Positions 20,501 through 34,913 are shown, numbered from the whole stretch's first letter. The stretch is 60,187 bases of DNA, filler included, from Perkinsus olseni (GCA_013115125.1; 6 parts of 6 records of this genome joined end to end with filler, not necessarily neighbours in it), one strand, 5' to 3'. Notes: generated from the sequence alone by a model not told the origin. Numbers and translations: made by a program.

Positions 20501-23439
20501 TTAGCAATACCGAATACTACTTCTAAGCATTAATAGGCTATGTCGCGCCGTACCAATAGAGGCTTCACGGACGGGCGTCATGGCAGCATAGTCCCTTATC
20601 TTAGAGGGAAGCTGCTCGTACACCTCCGATTCTTCATACCGGGTTACATCATAGTAGACTACACTGGGGCAACAGCAGGCATCATCACCGGAAGGTATCT
20701 CGTCCAGTAGATACTGGACAGACTCGCCAGAATACATCGATACACTTACATGACCAGCATCAGCAGCAGCACTGTCCTCCTGTGTGTTGACCAAGGACAC
20801 CTCCACAGAAGCTCCTCTCGGCAGGGCAGGAAGCCTGAGCCCTATAATGCGGGAAGGATCAACATCGAGGTATTCAGCAGCCAACTGTATTGCCGGTATG
20901 AGTGGAGTCCTCCCTGCTATGAATAGAGTCGCTAACACAGTGTTCTCTGAGGACATGAGATCCGTAATCTCATGCAGAGAGCGCATAGCAAGCCATAGCT
21001 CATACTGCCAGCCACCAGGAGAAGGTAGGGACATAGTGTGGGGTACTAGACCTAATACTCCAGCTGTGAGGAGGGTACCATTATCGAACCTAGGTGTGAC
21101 GATGAGTAGTGATTACGGGTCTCACCTGGGGTGATTACCTCTTAGCCTGACTATAAGGTCCAATGCAGGACATAGCCCAAGTTGATATAGACTGTACATG
21201 CAAGGTACTCACTACAGCAGCAGCAGCTGCTGCTGCCTCAGTACTAGGCATCGCTATTATACGGAATCTAACCAGCACACCTGCATAGGATGACGATGCC
21301 GCCCTTGTGGACAACCAACAAGTATATCGTGCCATTGGGTGATGATGGCTCGGTAATAACACATTTCACTAAGCACTAGTCTACGGTGCTGCTACTGCTA
21401 TTGCTGGTGAGACCCTCGTGTACCACGTCCGGTATGATGTGGAACACAGTCTATATCGTAATATGGGTACGGGTGGGTGGTATTGTAATATGACACGAAT
21501 AGGATGGCGTTGCCTTCGTACCTTGGGGTAGATCTGTCTGGATACAGTAACGAGTTGGTGGATTGACGGTAGGGAAGTGGTTACAATACTCCTCATTAAC
21601 AGCAGCAAAGGAGCTCATGTCCGACACTTGTACCTCCACATAGAGTATCTCGTACCTGGCTCAATGGGCGGTAGACCCTATAGTAGAAGTAGTGCATACT
21701 TACTCAGTCGATGGGGCTAGTGTACCCATGATGTACTCTAACAGGTATCTGCATTGTTCCCGCACATCACTAGTAGAGGAGGGTATAGACCAGCAGCAGG
21801 AGGAGGAGGAGGAGGAGGGGCGTGGTACAGATAAGACCTGGCAATGAGGGGTAGTCGATAGGATAGCGTTACCCCTTGCTACTGCTGCTAGACCCTACAT
21901 CAATAGAGTTGCTCATAGCCACATACCCAGCAGTCGTCATGGCAGCAGCAGCAGCAGCAGTAGCAGTAGCAGTAGCGGGCGGTGTCCATAGGCCTGCTGC
22001 TGCTGCCCTTCCGCCCTGGGGTGCCGTATTCTCATAACATTGTGTGGATAGTGGTGCTAGGGATGATAGCTGCGTACTATTATGTACACTCTCCAATCTT
22101 GGATAGTCCTGTTCGTAGTACTCCAAACTATCGAGAATGGACAGAGAGGTACCTGATGGCAGCTGCTGTTGAGGTTTGTTAGTGTTGTTATTATTACAAG
22201 CATCGTTCCAGTTGTTGGTAGTAGCCTCCTTAGGTTCTAGGTGAGGGTTAGCTGACTGAAGGTAGTAGACATCAGCACTATGTTTAACAACTCTAGTATC
22301 TCCCAGATCGATACGGCCGTTGAGGTATCTAATGGTACGATGATGATACTAATGAGACTACCCTTTGCTTAGTATTACAGTGGACAATCTGTTGTTAATG
22401 TCTCATATTCTCCACCCTCTCCACAGACATGGAATCCGAATTGATTATGTAATTTGGTGAAGTATCTGAGGCAGGCATAATAGGACGATATAATGATGGT
22501 AGGTGTATTGATCACGAGTATTACGGTCTGAGCTGTGATAATGTCTGAGAAAGATGTCTCTCATCCAACCCCATGCAAGCTACTTTAACTAAGCGTGCTT
22601 CAATACCTATACAGCGGAATGATGATGAGCAACAGCAGCAAGAGCAGTGGTAGCATCATGCTACTAGCATGAGGAGAGCTCTGACTCCCTCACCAGTGTT
22701 AATCATCCAGTCGAGCAGCCTATCCTGTGGTAGTCTCCACATGAACGCTAGTACCTACCAACTTACAATCATTGGCATCCTTCTAAGGTCCAATACTACC
22801 ATTAATCCTAAACGTTGACAGACATTTTCCACTCTAAGACGTTGATAGTCTGAGAATATTGCTCCACAGCTGACAGCATTAACCTCTGGATGAGCCTCCT
22901 TCACGGTTACGAGGAGACCATACCTGTGCACATACAGGTGGGCCGAGAGGAGTATCCACGTGCTGGTGCTGGGGCGCTACAGATCCTCAACTTCGTCGTC
23001 ATCATCCTTGTCCTGCATGTGATGATCTCGCCCTTTATTAGTACTATGATCATACACCAGTTGATTGGTCTCTATGGGAGCCCTATTGATGGCCTATGTA
23101 CGGATGATGTCATCGACCTACCCGTACCATCACCCCCTACCTGCTTGTATAAGGGTAAACCAAGAGCCTCGGCCACTACTGGGACAACCTCATGGCCAAC
23201 AGTCTGATACCTATCGGAGATTGTTTTTTGATTGCGTTACTAACATGAGCATACATGTAGCTATCCATCTCCTCCTTCATGCCCTCATCCACCTCCTCGC
23301 CCTTTACTCCGTCATCTACCCGTTGTGGTGGTGGGGGATGGAGGTTGGCTACACATACTATATCATGACCGAGATACTTGCATAGGTGCAGGTTGAATAA
23401 CGAGTCCTTCCCTCCAGATACCAGTCCGACAACCTTCAT
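20501..23439 (-). CDS. DPH6: Diphthine--ammonia ligase with C-terminal RidA/YjgF-like domains, multi-exon
   Basis: N-terminal MKVVGLVSGGKDS PP-loop, IVCVANLHP, EMDSYMY. Later exons: VSDMSSFAAVNEEYCNHF...PPTRYC, LHVQSISTWAMSCIGPYSQA, PALPRGASVEV. Confidence 0.9.
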
Positions 23440-23597
23440 TATGAGAAAACTGAAGGAGAAGGATCAACAGGGAGCATAAAGATGACACAAGACATGCGTC
23501 ATACCGGAAACATCAGGAAAAACAACAACATCATCATCCCATCACCAGGCGGCCATCATCGCTGCTCAGTACTCATCACCATTGCTGAAGCGATGGA

Positions 23598-25813
23598 TTA
23601 CCGCAGCCCATAGAAGCTGTCGCTGCTGTTCTCGCCATCTTCAGTTGTAGTCGTGTCGTTCTTGTTGCTATTACTATTGGTGCCTATAAGGCGATTGAAG
23701 AGGGCCCTTGCTACAAAGGGTTTAGCCTCCTTAAGTATATGTAGCTGTGGGTCAAGGCTACGACCAAGGCCTTCCAGTACCATAGTAGCACACACCACAC
23801 TTACAAAATTAGGTTCTAATCTTACTGAATGCTTGCATGCTAATGCCAGTAGTTGAGAGAATACTATACCCAGCTGCATGCCCTGCAGAGATACCCCTCG
23901 GGCTGAGTCTACCAAATCTTCAACACCTCTGATAAACTGATCAGGCTTGTATACAGTACTTGGGGGAGATCTTGAACGTTCTATCATCAGCCGTCCCACC
24001 TCACTGGATTCTCCTATCATAATAGCATGCATGAGGTCAACAAAGTTAGTTAGATCTCTATCGGATAGCTCATTGGCCAGACCACAGTCCAGGAATACCA
24101 ACCTCACCCCAGCTGTGTCGTTATTACCGCTGCTGCTGGCACCAGACTTGTCTGCCTGTACTAGTATGTTACCAGGATGAAGATCACCGTGTATAAGGTT
24201 ATCAATGAATAGCATGTGTAGGAATGCCTTCACACCCATCTGGCAGATGTCCCTCTTAGATACCATCACATCATCATCATCGACCATAACCTTATCCCCG
24301 TCATCATCAACCTCCTTGGCAGGGCCATGATCGGCAGTACTAGGCAGTAGCGCTCCTATAGGAATACCATGCTCAAATGTCTCAATAAGAACAGTTCTAG
24401 TGGTGATATTGGAGTACACCTTCGGGAACCTTATATCTTGAGAATAGCCATTGAAGTTATCATTAAACCGTTGTATATTATCAGCCTCCAGCCTTAGATC
24501 TGTCTGGGATAATAAAAACTCAGAAAACTGATCCACCATGTCCGATACACCTAAGAATATAACAAGCAATAGAGGGGATCGCGGCACGACGAGCAGGGGT
24601 AGCAAAGATAAGGGTACTATTGTTATCACCTAAATGCCTCAGAAAGGGCATATGATCGGCCAAACGCCCCACAGCTCTTAGTATACCAAGATCGGTGTAG
24701 ATGATATCCTGACATCCTGGGTGGGATACCTTTACTGCAACCTCATCACCATTATACAGCAGTCTACCCCGATGAACCTGCCAATGTGCTCGACGATGAT
24801 TACCATTGCTAGGAGTGATGATATTATCATTATTGTTGTAATCACCTGTGCTATGCATCCACTGCCTATAACAGATGGCTCTACTTCCAACCATGTACGC
24901 CATTCTGGGCCATAGGACTGAATAATAATAACGAGACAGTACTACGTCGTCGTAGTTCCCTAGCGATAGTGGTTGTATACTCCTACTACCTCATCCAACT
25001 GTAGTAGAGTATCTCTGTAGGGATGGGGCCGCACTTGAGTATGCAATTGTGACAGATATCTGATTATGGTGTCGTCGAAGAGATCTCTCCTCGTTGCCTA
25101 ATGATAGGTTGACATGATGACCGTGGGTGGTGGTATGATACTAAGCTATTACAGCCCATTGTCCAAGCTTGATGAAGGCAGGCCCACTATTCTCGATACA
25201 ACGGACGAGCCATTGCCACCACCAACTATTATATTTATTCATACCTGATCGATATCATCATAACGATGGTCATGGCGAGGAATATAATACTATTACCCAA
25301 GAGGAGTATAGGAGAGGTGACTAAGCATGGACTAAATCGGAAAAATAGTTGAATTAATCTCCAGACGGAGCGAAGCAACCGTCGTAAAAAGGATAGCTTG
25401 CCATCCTCCTCCTCCGGCAAGCGGCGTGGTTGAGTATGAAGAATGGGTGGTCTGACCTCCGGCAGCACAGCACCTGATAAGCATACCAGCTTTCTCGCTG
25501 GTCTAGGGTTACTCGCCTACCTACATTCTTCTCCTCTAACTACGCTCGGTGCAACAGCAATGGCGGCAGGGCCTTTTGCTACGCCATCATTACAAGCAGG
25601 TAGTGTATCACAGAAGACTGTATTAGCAGACCAGTAGGACGAGGGCCATCGATCGTAGAGAGCATCATCCTTACGCTGCTTGCCTATGAAGCCTAAGCCT
25701 GCCAAACCAACGCCTCCTCCTATCAGTTTGGGTGCTAGGCCTCTGAGCCCTAGGCCTAGCTGACTACGTAAAGCAGTAGGTAGGAGGCTATAGGCAGAGG
25801 GGAAGGATGACAT
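23598..25813 (-). CDS. ABC1/UbiB-family atypical kinase (ADCK2/MCP2-like), multi-exon
   Basis: GPAFIKLGQW, VAVKVSHPG, QTDLRLEADNIQRF, IHGDLHPGNILV, LVFLDCGL, LEGLGRSLDP. Confidence 0.92.
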
Positions 25814-26071
25814 AAAACTAAGAGGATGATGAGGGATTATCATGATCATCATCATCACAACAACACAGTAGCTGTGCTTAGGTAAATGATAATGATTATT
25901 ATGATGATGATCATGTTACCATATGATACTGTAATGGTATCCTGCAGTAGCAATAATGATGGACTAAAGGAGGACTGTAGTGTACACAAACTCACAAGAC
26001 TCCGAGCTAGATCCTAAACAATGATTGCTATCATGACAGCCGCAGCAGCAGCAGCAGGACAGCCTTCACTA

Positions 26072-27062
26072 CTACCGATGCAGCTTCCCTGCCATCTCTT
26101 CCCTTATCCTCTCCACCTCTCGGATAAGTTGAGTAGTAGTGGGTACTCCGCTACCATCTGCTTCCATGCTCTGGGAGTAGGAGTGATACTCATGGTACTA
26201 CTTGATACTTATTATCACCCTTGAATAACCATCATCACTCCTCCTGCTACGTGTATCGAATCCTGTAGAGTAGTAATGACGCTTGTTGCCACTGCTGCTA
26301 TTGCCGCCTCCACCCGATTTCCATACTTCCAAGTCAATCTGCCTCCGATACCTAGGACCCTGTAAATCTGTCATCATTATCATCACCAATACCACTACCT
26401 CCCCGAACCCGAACTGAGCCTATTCATCAACACCTCACGCTCACGCTCTGCTTGTGCTAATCTAAAGGGATGGCTAATGACGAGCAGGAGAGCGACTAGT
26501 GCAACCATGACGTGTGGATGATGGCCATGAAGGTGGCCATTACTGTTCATCTTGAGACCCTCCTACTTTTGGTTATCTATCACTACAGGTGATACATCAT
26601 GCAGTCTATGGAGCATCTTCCTATTCTCATCAGCTATACTCGTTGTACCCCACTCCTGTCTATGCTGCTCCTCTTGTCTTCTCTGCTGAGATCCTCCCCT
26701 ACCTGCCGACCCCTACACAGCCATCATTTTACGCGACCTCAGAACGAAGGCCATACTTGGTGAGTACTGCTCGATTGTTTCGAGCTCATCCGCTTATTAT
26801 CTCTACTCAGCATCTTCTGCAGGAGTATACGATTCTCTCGCCGTATTTGGGCCTCTCTCTCTTCCATAAGCTGCTTCGTTTTCCTCTTATGCTTCAGATG
26901 TGATACTTCCTTCGGGGGCTTATTGTCAATACCTTCATCACGATAACCACCAACGACAGTTGAGTATGATCATCACCTACTGGACTTGATATTATCCAAT
27001 GCCATCAAATGCTTCCTGTGCCTGTCGCGTTCAGCTCGTTCAGTGCATATCCTACTACTCAT
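26072..27062 (-). CDS. CFAP97/KIAA1430 (hemingway)-like ciliary protein, multi-exon
   Basis: Manual translation: MSSRICTERAERDRHRKHLMALDNIKS, IDNKPPKEVSHLKHKRKTKQLMEER, ENRILLQKML, matching the family pattern. The 3' exons are tentative. Confidence 0.6.
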
Positions 27063-28429
27063 ACCGCCACTCGTAGCACTAACATTAATCAAGGCCGCCG
27101 ACACACCGCATGATGATGGTGATGCCAATAGAAGCGTTCACCTACTTCCATACATTTATACTGCTACCGCTCCTCCTCTGGTCTCCTACTCTCCGCATGA
27201 TAGTCGAGGACGAGAATAATCGAGCGGTGGGGGCGTGGAAGGATGGGACTGCGGTAAGGACACCTGGGCTGTACTGGCAAGCCACCCCAACGACTGTAAC
27301 ACAAGAACGATTGTGTAGGAGCAAAGGGTACAGGCAACAACAACAAGAATGACAACAAGCACCAGTACCACTCCTGACCAATCATCTGCGGTAGCTGGTG
27401 CTGTTGGTGTTGTTGTTTTTGAATGAATGCGGTTGTTGAAGAGACCAGGCAGCATAGCTATCACCACAATGGTCATGATAATCATCATCACCACCACCTC
27501 GATAATATTGTAGATGAATGACGATGACGACGATGGCATCGATATGCAGCAACAACAGGCGATGCCACTGCTCCAAGCAGTATACGAGAGGGAAGGATCT
27601 TCAAGGGGGTTCTAAATGTGCATTAGGTTCGTAGATGATGATGATGAGGACGATGAGCGCTGATCATGATGATGATGATGATAATGTCCCTGTCTCACTA
27701 TAGTGAGGAACGTGATAGTACAACTGCAGCGATAGCAAAGGACGCGAGGAGGAGGAGGAGGAGGGAACTTGACAGCGGCTACTTATAATGATGATGATGA
27801 TCGTGGCAATGATGATGGAATGGTAGTAGCGTCATTGTTACAAGAGTAGACGGTGGCGAGTATGATGGTCTTATGAGAGACCGACTACTCCAAAGACATT
27901 GCTGATCCGGCTGCTGCTGATGGACATGATGGCAGCAGAGGTAATATCACAGTAATGATACATCAGCAGCAGTAACAGTACTACCCCCTAGGATACAACA
28001 GCAGTAGTGGCACGAACATCAATCGTTATGGCAATACCAGCTTCGATCGTTTATACTCATCGAGCACCTATTGATGATAATCATCTTGGTACTGGTAATG
28101 ATGATTTTTATCATGGGATCAGAGGAGATAAAACAACAGCAGTTGGAACTTATCGGCGATTCTACCGGGAGAAACATTAGTACCAATAGCAGCAGATGAA
28201 CCTCAATGTGGAGAAGCAGCAGGTACAGGTTTGGAGAGGACAACAGCCTTGGTGTCAACGCCCAAGTAGGTAACCACGGCAACACAGCAATTACAGGAGC
28301 ACGATGATGATGGACTGGAAGAGGACTAGGGCGATGATGATGATAACGAGAACAATAGGCTACTTTAATAGCTTCATCATGAGATCATAGGATACATCAT
28401 AAAGTATTATATTCATCCCTCTTTCTGCT

Positions 28430-28460
<31 letters not shown>

Positions 28461-28501
28461 TTGCTGTTGTTGTTGGTGATGCTGATGATGTTACTATGTT
28501 A

Positions 28502-30170
28502 TCATACATGCGGGTAGGCTGGGTTCAATGTTGTTGGTAGCATATTGATAGATGCAGTAACATCAGCATACACTAATAGACACCAGTTATGGTCTGCATT
28601 CAATGATAACGATAGACTATCGTCATCAGAGTTAGAGGGGGAAGAAGAGGAGGAGGAAGAGGAGGTCTTTGAAGGATGAGGAGGTGATGACTCAGGTACG
28701 GAATCAGCAGGGTCTAGCTCAGTTACTGTCTCATCATCGAAATGCCACCAATGTGTGGACGAAGATGACGACGACGATGATGCCAAGGGATAAGTATCAC
28801 CATCATCAACAACAGCAGCAGTGGCCGGAGCAGTAGCTTCATCATCGCGGCCTGATAAAGAGGACAATTGTTGCTACCGATTTATGCTTAGCAGCAGCAG
28901 CGAGGGTAGTACTACCTATAGTACGTGACGATTGATCCTCATTAGAGGTATGAAGCTGGTTAGGACAAGACTTTGTTGTTGTTGATGCTGATGGTGGTGG
29001 TGTTGTAGGGCAGGGCGGTGCAGGCCTACTAAAGGCCCAATAGTGGCCACTAGTGGCTCCTAACCCCGATCTGCTGACAACCTGAATAAGCAACAGGTAT
29101 GACCATGATGTAGTCATCATCATGAGGGATACCCCTAGAAGGGTGTAGGTCTTCTCCGCTTGGGGATGCTTCTTCCCACCCGCCAAACAAGTCGGAGGGA
29201 TATTAAGAATCCCTGGGAAGGGTACAGACACCTGATTGCAATAATGATGGTGGAAGGTGTCACCAGTGTTGTCGCTGCCATGGGTGGTGTATAGCCGCTG
29301 CTGCTTCTGCTACTACTACTACCTGTGTCATGGTATGCATAGTCTCCGTTACATGACGACTGACCTCAATACATAATACATGTGGTAGTTGTTCAAGTAA
29401 CATGGATTCACTATGATGGGTTTCAGTGGACGGAGGGGACCAAGGTGATGTTGGGTGATACCTTATCATAATAAAGTTGTACACAAAGTGATAACAACAA
29501 CAACAATGGTGATGATGATGATGATGATGATGATTGTGGTGAAGATGTGTAACCCTTACGTTCGTTTGAGAAGTTCCACTAAATCGATAGTAGTAGTAGC
29601 ACTGCGTCCCGATGATGAAGGATGTCTCGGTGGAGGTGGTAAGGATATCAATGTGAAACTGATGATGATGATCATGAGGATGATTAGTATTCCCGCGTGG
29701 GCATGCAACCCCCTGGTCGTAGTAGTAGTATTATTACCTTTCTACTTGTTTCGTAACCTTCCCATTGGGCATGGTATGATGTACTGTCTTTATGCCACGG
29801 AACATCCTGTATATGATAGAGTCCTCTAATACACCTGGTCCGGTTAGACAGCCCTCATCAACTTTCCACTTTCTACACCACTTGCACTCATCATGCAGCT
29901 TGTCCTGAATGGATAGCACCGTGACGATCTTCTCATTGATAGCATTTCTATTATTATTATTACCAATACAGTGTCCAATGCCTCAGCAGAATCATGCTGA
30001 TTGCCTAGACCACCAAAATACTCGAATATGGGTTGTAGAGGCTGCATTGTGACTAGGCTAGTACAACCATATAAAGGTTGATGGGACATTGATGGGGCAG
30101 CAGATGTAGTGGACGAGGAAGAAGAAGAAGACGGCAAAGAGGAAGATTCCTCAATCCCTGAGCAAGGCTA
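28502..30170 (-). CDS. Ubiquitin-specific protease (USP/C19), 5' end missing at the contig edge, multi-exon
   Basis: NQHDSAEAL, LPHVLCIEVSR, VVSRSGLGATSGHYWAF (His box), WWHFDDETV, WCLLVY. Confidence 0.85.
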
Positions 30171-30191
30171 GTAATGGACATGGACTATTAG

Positions 30192-30261
<70 letters not shown>
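30192..30261. repeat. (TAC)n microsatellite at contig end
   Basis: About 23 perfect units. Confidence 0.97.
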
Positions 30262-30361
30262 NNNNNNNNNNNNNNNNNNNNNNNNNNNNNNNNNNNNNNN
30301 NNNNNTTAATTAATTAANNNNNNNNNNNNNNNNNNNNNNNNNNNNNNNNNNNNNNNNNNNN
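30262..30361. other. Artificial contig linker
   Basis: N44-TTAATTAATTAA-N44. Confidence 0.98.
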
Positions 30362-31087
30362 GAGGACACCGGAGACGCCCCTCTCTAGCTTAAGCCCATA
30401 CAGCTAGCACAGCTTCACTAGATATCCCACAGCTTGCAGTGGTATCTCCGAAGAGCTCGACAGATCCAATCCATCATCTCGACAATGACTGATAGAAGCT
30501 CTTCATAAGGAGGCGTCTATCAGAGAGGCAGAGTTTGAGGATCGACTGCCATTCCAGATCAGCAACCCTCTATGGGCCGTACTGGCGAAGGTTACGCAAT
30601 ACTAAATTTGCACGTTGTTGGCCCTGTGGGGGTCAGGTATCCGCTCAGAAAGACTGTGTTTCACGACTAGCATACGACTTTGCAAACGATCGCAAGCCCT
30701 TGCTAGAAACATCATAGCAACAATCGCTTCTCGGCGCCCAAAAACTCGGAACATCAGCCGTTCTTCTTCTCGGCTTCCTCATTGAGTTGCAGACACAGCT
30801 TTGACAACTGCCACAGTAGGAAACAGGAGCTTATGACAATAAAATCACAAACACAGCTTTGATAACTGTCACAATGGGAAACACGAGCGGTGCGAATAGA
30901 ATCACAAATCTTCGCTCTTTCCGATCACGCCGTCAGTCGGCGTTGTCAGCATAACCTCGAACTCTTCCGCGCGGTAGTACTTCGTGGGCTCCCATATCAG
31001 ATCTGGGAACTCGATAGGGGCCTCTGTCTGAAGCGAAAGCCCTCAGCGCAAAAGATTGAATCATGTTCGATCCCGTCTCAGCTGCGA

Positions 31088-31968
31088 CTAGCTCAAGTAA
31101 ACCATGGGACAAATCACACAACCTGCGCCAACTACGGATTTCGACCTCACGATCCCACTTACCCCGGTTATCTTAACGCTCGCGCTTGTCTCCTCGAACT
31201 CTTCCGAGCAGGGCACCGTAGTACGGGTGGCCACCGTCTGGGGTTCATCCTCAGGTAGTCGCTGGATCTCATAGATCGCGCCTTGGCCAAACTCCACCCC
31301 CCTGAACCAAAGGCGTCGCCCCTCCGCACAATGGCGGATAGACCGAGCGAGATCCAACCCACAGTCTTATCAGATCTGCTCTGGCTTTCTCTCTGTCCGT
31401 CTCATCAGCATACGCTACCATACATCCGTCTTCTCTCCACGTCTTGTCAAAACCAAATGAATGAGCGACCATCGCCGGTTTAGGAGAAGATAACTAAACG
31501 TCGATCACACGGCGCCGCCGACGAAAGCTCCTGCTACCTGTGAAATGCGATCCTGGAGTTGCCGAAGCCTCTTGAAATTAGTCTCGTTCGAAGGCAGAGA
31601 TTTGCTCAGTGCGGCCGGATTGAATGCTGTGATCTCGAAGATCACGGGATAGGGTAGGGGAAGGCTCCCCGACTTGGGCACCTGAATCTACCCCTCCACG
31701 CCTCTGAACACAGCATGGGGTCACCTCGGATTCCCCAGCTGGCAAAGGTCTGATGTACTGCACTCGTCCATTCGGCAGATAGTTGCCGAAGTCCCAAGCA
31801 GCGTAAGCGTCCGCCCAGATATCGCGGAGCTCACGGTCGTCCGAAGGGAAACGCTGCCTGGACTGAAGGCGCCCAAGGAAGTATGGAGCATCTCTCGGTT
31901 TTCCGTTCACTCACCTTTGTTGCGGTCATCAGAATGAAGGAGCAATACAAAACCACTATGATAAGCAT
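31088..31968 (-). CDS. Hypothetical secreted protein, multi-exon, 3' extent uncertain
   Basis: MLIIVVLYCSFILMTATK|gtgagt...ttcag|SRQRFPSDDRELRDIWADAYAAWDFGNY, followed by further protein-like ORF segments. Confidence 0.4.
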
Positions 31969-32679
31969 TTTATCGGAATGTCGAAACCAAACTGTTGACC
32001 TAGGTTGATGTCTACCCGAGCCCGCCCTCCCAGACTACAAGTTTTAGAGGATGCTCTACAGTTTTCCGAGATCAATTCCGGGCATTGACCGCAAGGCTAT
32101 TGCACTGAAACCGAACTGATCTCAGAAACTCCGCAACCCTACCCGAGTAGCTTCGAATTCGGCAACATATCGAGAAAGCTTAGCGATAGCGTGACCGATT
32201 TGACGTTGAAGGAGGTGCTTTTCATTTCGATGCAGGAATAGTGTTAGATGCTTATGGTTCACTTCAAGCTGTATTGTCGAGTTCCACATCCCATCCGAAA
32301 TCTGACAAGCTCAAGCGGAGATCACTTGCAGCAGCGCGTTCTGGCATCAGTGAGCAGACACGACCCTGCATGCAGTCCAGGAATTCACGCGGACTCAGAG
32401 CGCAACAGCAATACGAAACTCGGGTTAACCGGATTATGTAACAGTTTTATTATAGTGCAAATGATACTAGTACTGTTACTGACAACGATGAAAGTGACCG
32501 TCTGACGATGGGCGAACGCCGCTGCCGACCCTCGACGGAACCAGTAAGAAAGGCATTGTCACGACAGCATAGTGCGATTACCACGGTCTCAGCATAAAGC
32601 GACCGCTAACCAATAGACGTTGCAAACGTAAACAGGAGAGTCTTCTGTCTGATTTCTAGAAGTCCGACATAGCCACAGT

Positions 32680-34380
32680 TTAGATCCACTTCTGTTTTCT
32701 GTATAGGAAGAAGATAAGGCTCGTAATGGTGAGCAGAAGCAACCAAAAGTACAAGTAACCATGCTCCCACAGAAGCTCAGGCATCCCCGGGTCACCCGTG
32801 ATGGGATTCTGGAAGTTCATACCGTAGACGCCTGTGAGGAACTGCCCGGGGACGAAGGTTGTTGTGACCAGAGTGAGGACGTAGAGAATATTGCTAGTCT
32901 TGGACTCACAATACTGTCTGTACTGCTCGAGCATCATCCTAGCGTTCTCCCTCAAGGCCAAAGATTCCTCCAGAAAACGGTGAGTGTTACTACGAATATC
33001 GGAGGTATACATCTGCGAGTCCGGACTCCAATGTCTGTAGCCGACCGCAGTCTCAAGAACGTCCAAGACGGGTCGCGACATTCGGTAAAGCTGGCCCAGT
33101 TGCCTCACGATCTTCCGCAGTCGCTTGACGTCTTTCTGATAGAACTTGCCCATCTCTCTATCCAGCCTCCGTTGCAATACGGACAAAGATGCATCATAAG
33201 CTTGTCCGACTAATATATAATCCTCAGTGATATCGCACAGGATCTTGAACAGCAAGGTGTGTGTGTCACCAGTCCTCACATTACTGTAGGAAGTCTTCAA
33301 GTTGCCCAAAGCATTACGGAAGATACTCATATCATAGGACATCGTTTCCCAGTCAGTAATGGTGTGTGTCAATGTTCGGAATCTGGTCCATGTACGAGTG
33401 TCAGCGGTCGACTCCGCCCTCTCGTCGTCAACTGTCACTTGGGATTGTGTCTTCCTACTCCACCAATGCTTCTTCCCCTTCCCGTTACCGGCCTTCGATT
33501 CCTCATCATCCCGATCAGTACCAGTCTTACACAGAGTAACCCACTCGCTGGAGAAACTAATGAGAGTACCACCTTCTGCTTTACCCGTCACGAACATCGC
33601 CAAGTTGCACTGCTCGACTTCCACTTTCACGATCGGGGGCTCAACGGTCTTATCCACCTTCGGCAAGTCCTTACGCAGCTTCTGCCGCCTCCAAGACTGC
33701 CACGGCCGTAAAGTGTTACGGCTGGTTTGAGTCAGTCGCAGCACCGGTATAATAATGATGGACCATAATGGCGGATTCTTCCGAGTTATCCGCGCATCTC
33801 CGCGTCCTGTCGGCCGATACCCAAAGATGTGATCGACTTTTGCGCCTTCGCGCCATAGGGTGAAAACATCCAGTACAAACCGAGGGTCCAAACCATATTT
33901 GATAGCAAGGCCCAATACTGCCGCTTGAGATGGATCATGAGAATGAAGCCAGCGGACCCTGAACGGCTTCTGTATCTTCTTGGTGTTCAGCAACCTTGAC
34001 ATAGCAGTTGGTCGGAACAGAAATGATACCGGGTCCTCCAAGGGGTTCCGACTGTAGAGGAAATCCTCTCGGTACTCATAAATATGTATCCTAATTTGCT
34101 TGGCCTGCTCAGGCGCATGAAGGAGAGCTGCCATCCTCAGACACTTGAGCGCAGCCATGAATTCCGGAGGCTTTATAATACGTTCTTCGGGGTTGCCGGC
34201 CAAGGTCCCCCTAGGACTCCTGCTTGCCAGAATGCCGCACAGTTCGTGGAATGCCTGGTCGGACTCTGCAGAATGCTTCGTGTACAGCGCTTGTTGGCGG
34301 AGACCACGAGCAACCTCAGAAGGCGACATCTCCGAATCGTGATCTTGATCGAACATGTCGAACTGAGGAGATATGACCAC
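32680..34380 (-). CDS. CorA-family Mg2+/divalent cation transporter, copy A (main exon; further exons ~34460-34620 and possibly up to 35625)
   Basis: C-terminal LTLVTTTFVPGQFLTGVYGMNF...MPELLWEHGYLYFW: GMN and MPEL motifs with two transmembrane helices. Confidence 0.93.
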   Translation of the reverse strand: MVISPQFDMFDQDHDSEMSPSEVARGLRQQALYTKHSAESDQAFHELCGILASRSPRGTLAGNPEERIIKPPEFMAALKCLRMAALLHAPEQAKQIRIHIYEYREDFLYSRNPLEDPVSFLFRPTAMSRLLNTKKIQKPFRVRWLHSHDPSQAAVLGLAIKYGLDPRFVLDVFTLWREGAKVDHIFGYRPTGRGDARITRKNPPLWSIIIIPVLRLTQTSRNTLRPWQSWRRQKLRKDLPKVDKTVEPPIVKVEVEQCNLAMFVTGKAEGGTLISFSSEWVTLCKTGTDRDDEESKAGNGKGKKHWWSRKTQSQVTVDDERAESTADTRTWTRFRTLTHTITDWETMSYDMSIFRNALGNLKTSYSNVRTGDTHTLLFKILCDITEDYILVGQAYDASLSVLQRRLDREMGKFYQKDVKRLRKIVRQLGQLYRMSRPVLDVLETAVGYRHWSPDSQMYTSDIRSNTHRFLEESLALRENARMMLEQYRQYCESKTSNILYVLTLVTTTFVPGQFLTGVYGMNFQNPITGDPGMPELLWEHGYLYFWLLLLTITSLIFFLYRKQKWI

Positions 34381-34913
34381 TGAATAATGCGGCTAAGTTG
34401 CGATGCAACAAGCGGAGGAGCCAAGAAACGAAGGAAAAGATCCCGAGAATATTACCACTCTCAACATGCCCGTCGCTGTGCAATCAAAGTACCGCAGAAG
34501 AGACTCGAGATTGGGGGCGGCATCACCACAGTACACTGCTTGATCATAGCCCAGCCGCTCCACCATAGCTAACCAATACTCAGAGTCGTATTGGACTGCC
34601 ACCACAGACGACTGAACGTTCTCACTCACACGAGGTATTCGAGCTGACAAAAACAAGAAGTCACCATCAGAGCCAGTCCTACAGCAGCAGTCTCACGGCC
34701 TCAGCGAGCATCATAATCTGATCGCAATTCATCACGTAGAGCGCTCGATGTATCGACAGAAAAGCTGAACCGAGGGAGAAGTTCACTCCCGGCAAACCTT
34801 CGAAACGGGGTCCGGCAGGGCACTGTGAGGCTCAATCCGATACCATCGCGATGAGTCGAAGGTATTTTGCTCAACGTGATACACGTAAGTTTCCCCTTGA
34901 AGACGGACCGTTC

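Noticed and set aside
27142-28390. Possible extra minus-strand gene between the CFAP97-like and USP genes
   Set aside because: Only fragmentary low-complexity ORFs; no model could be built by eye.
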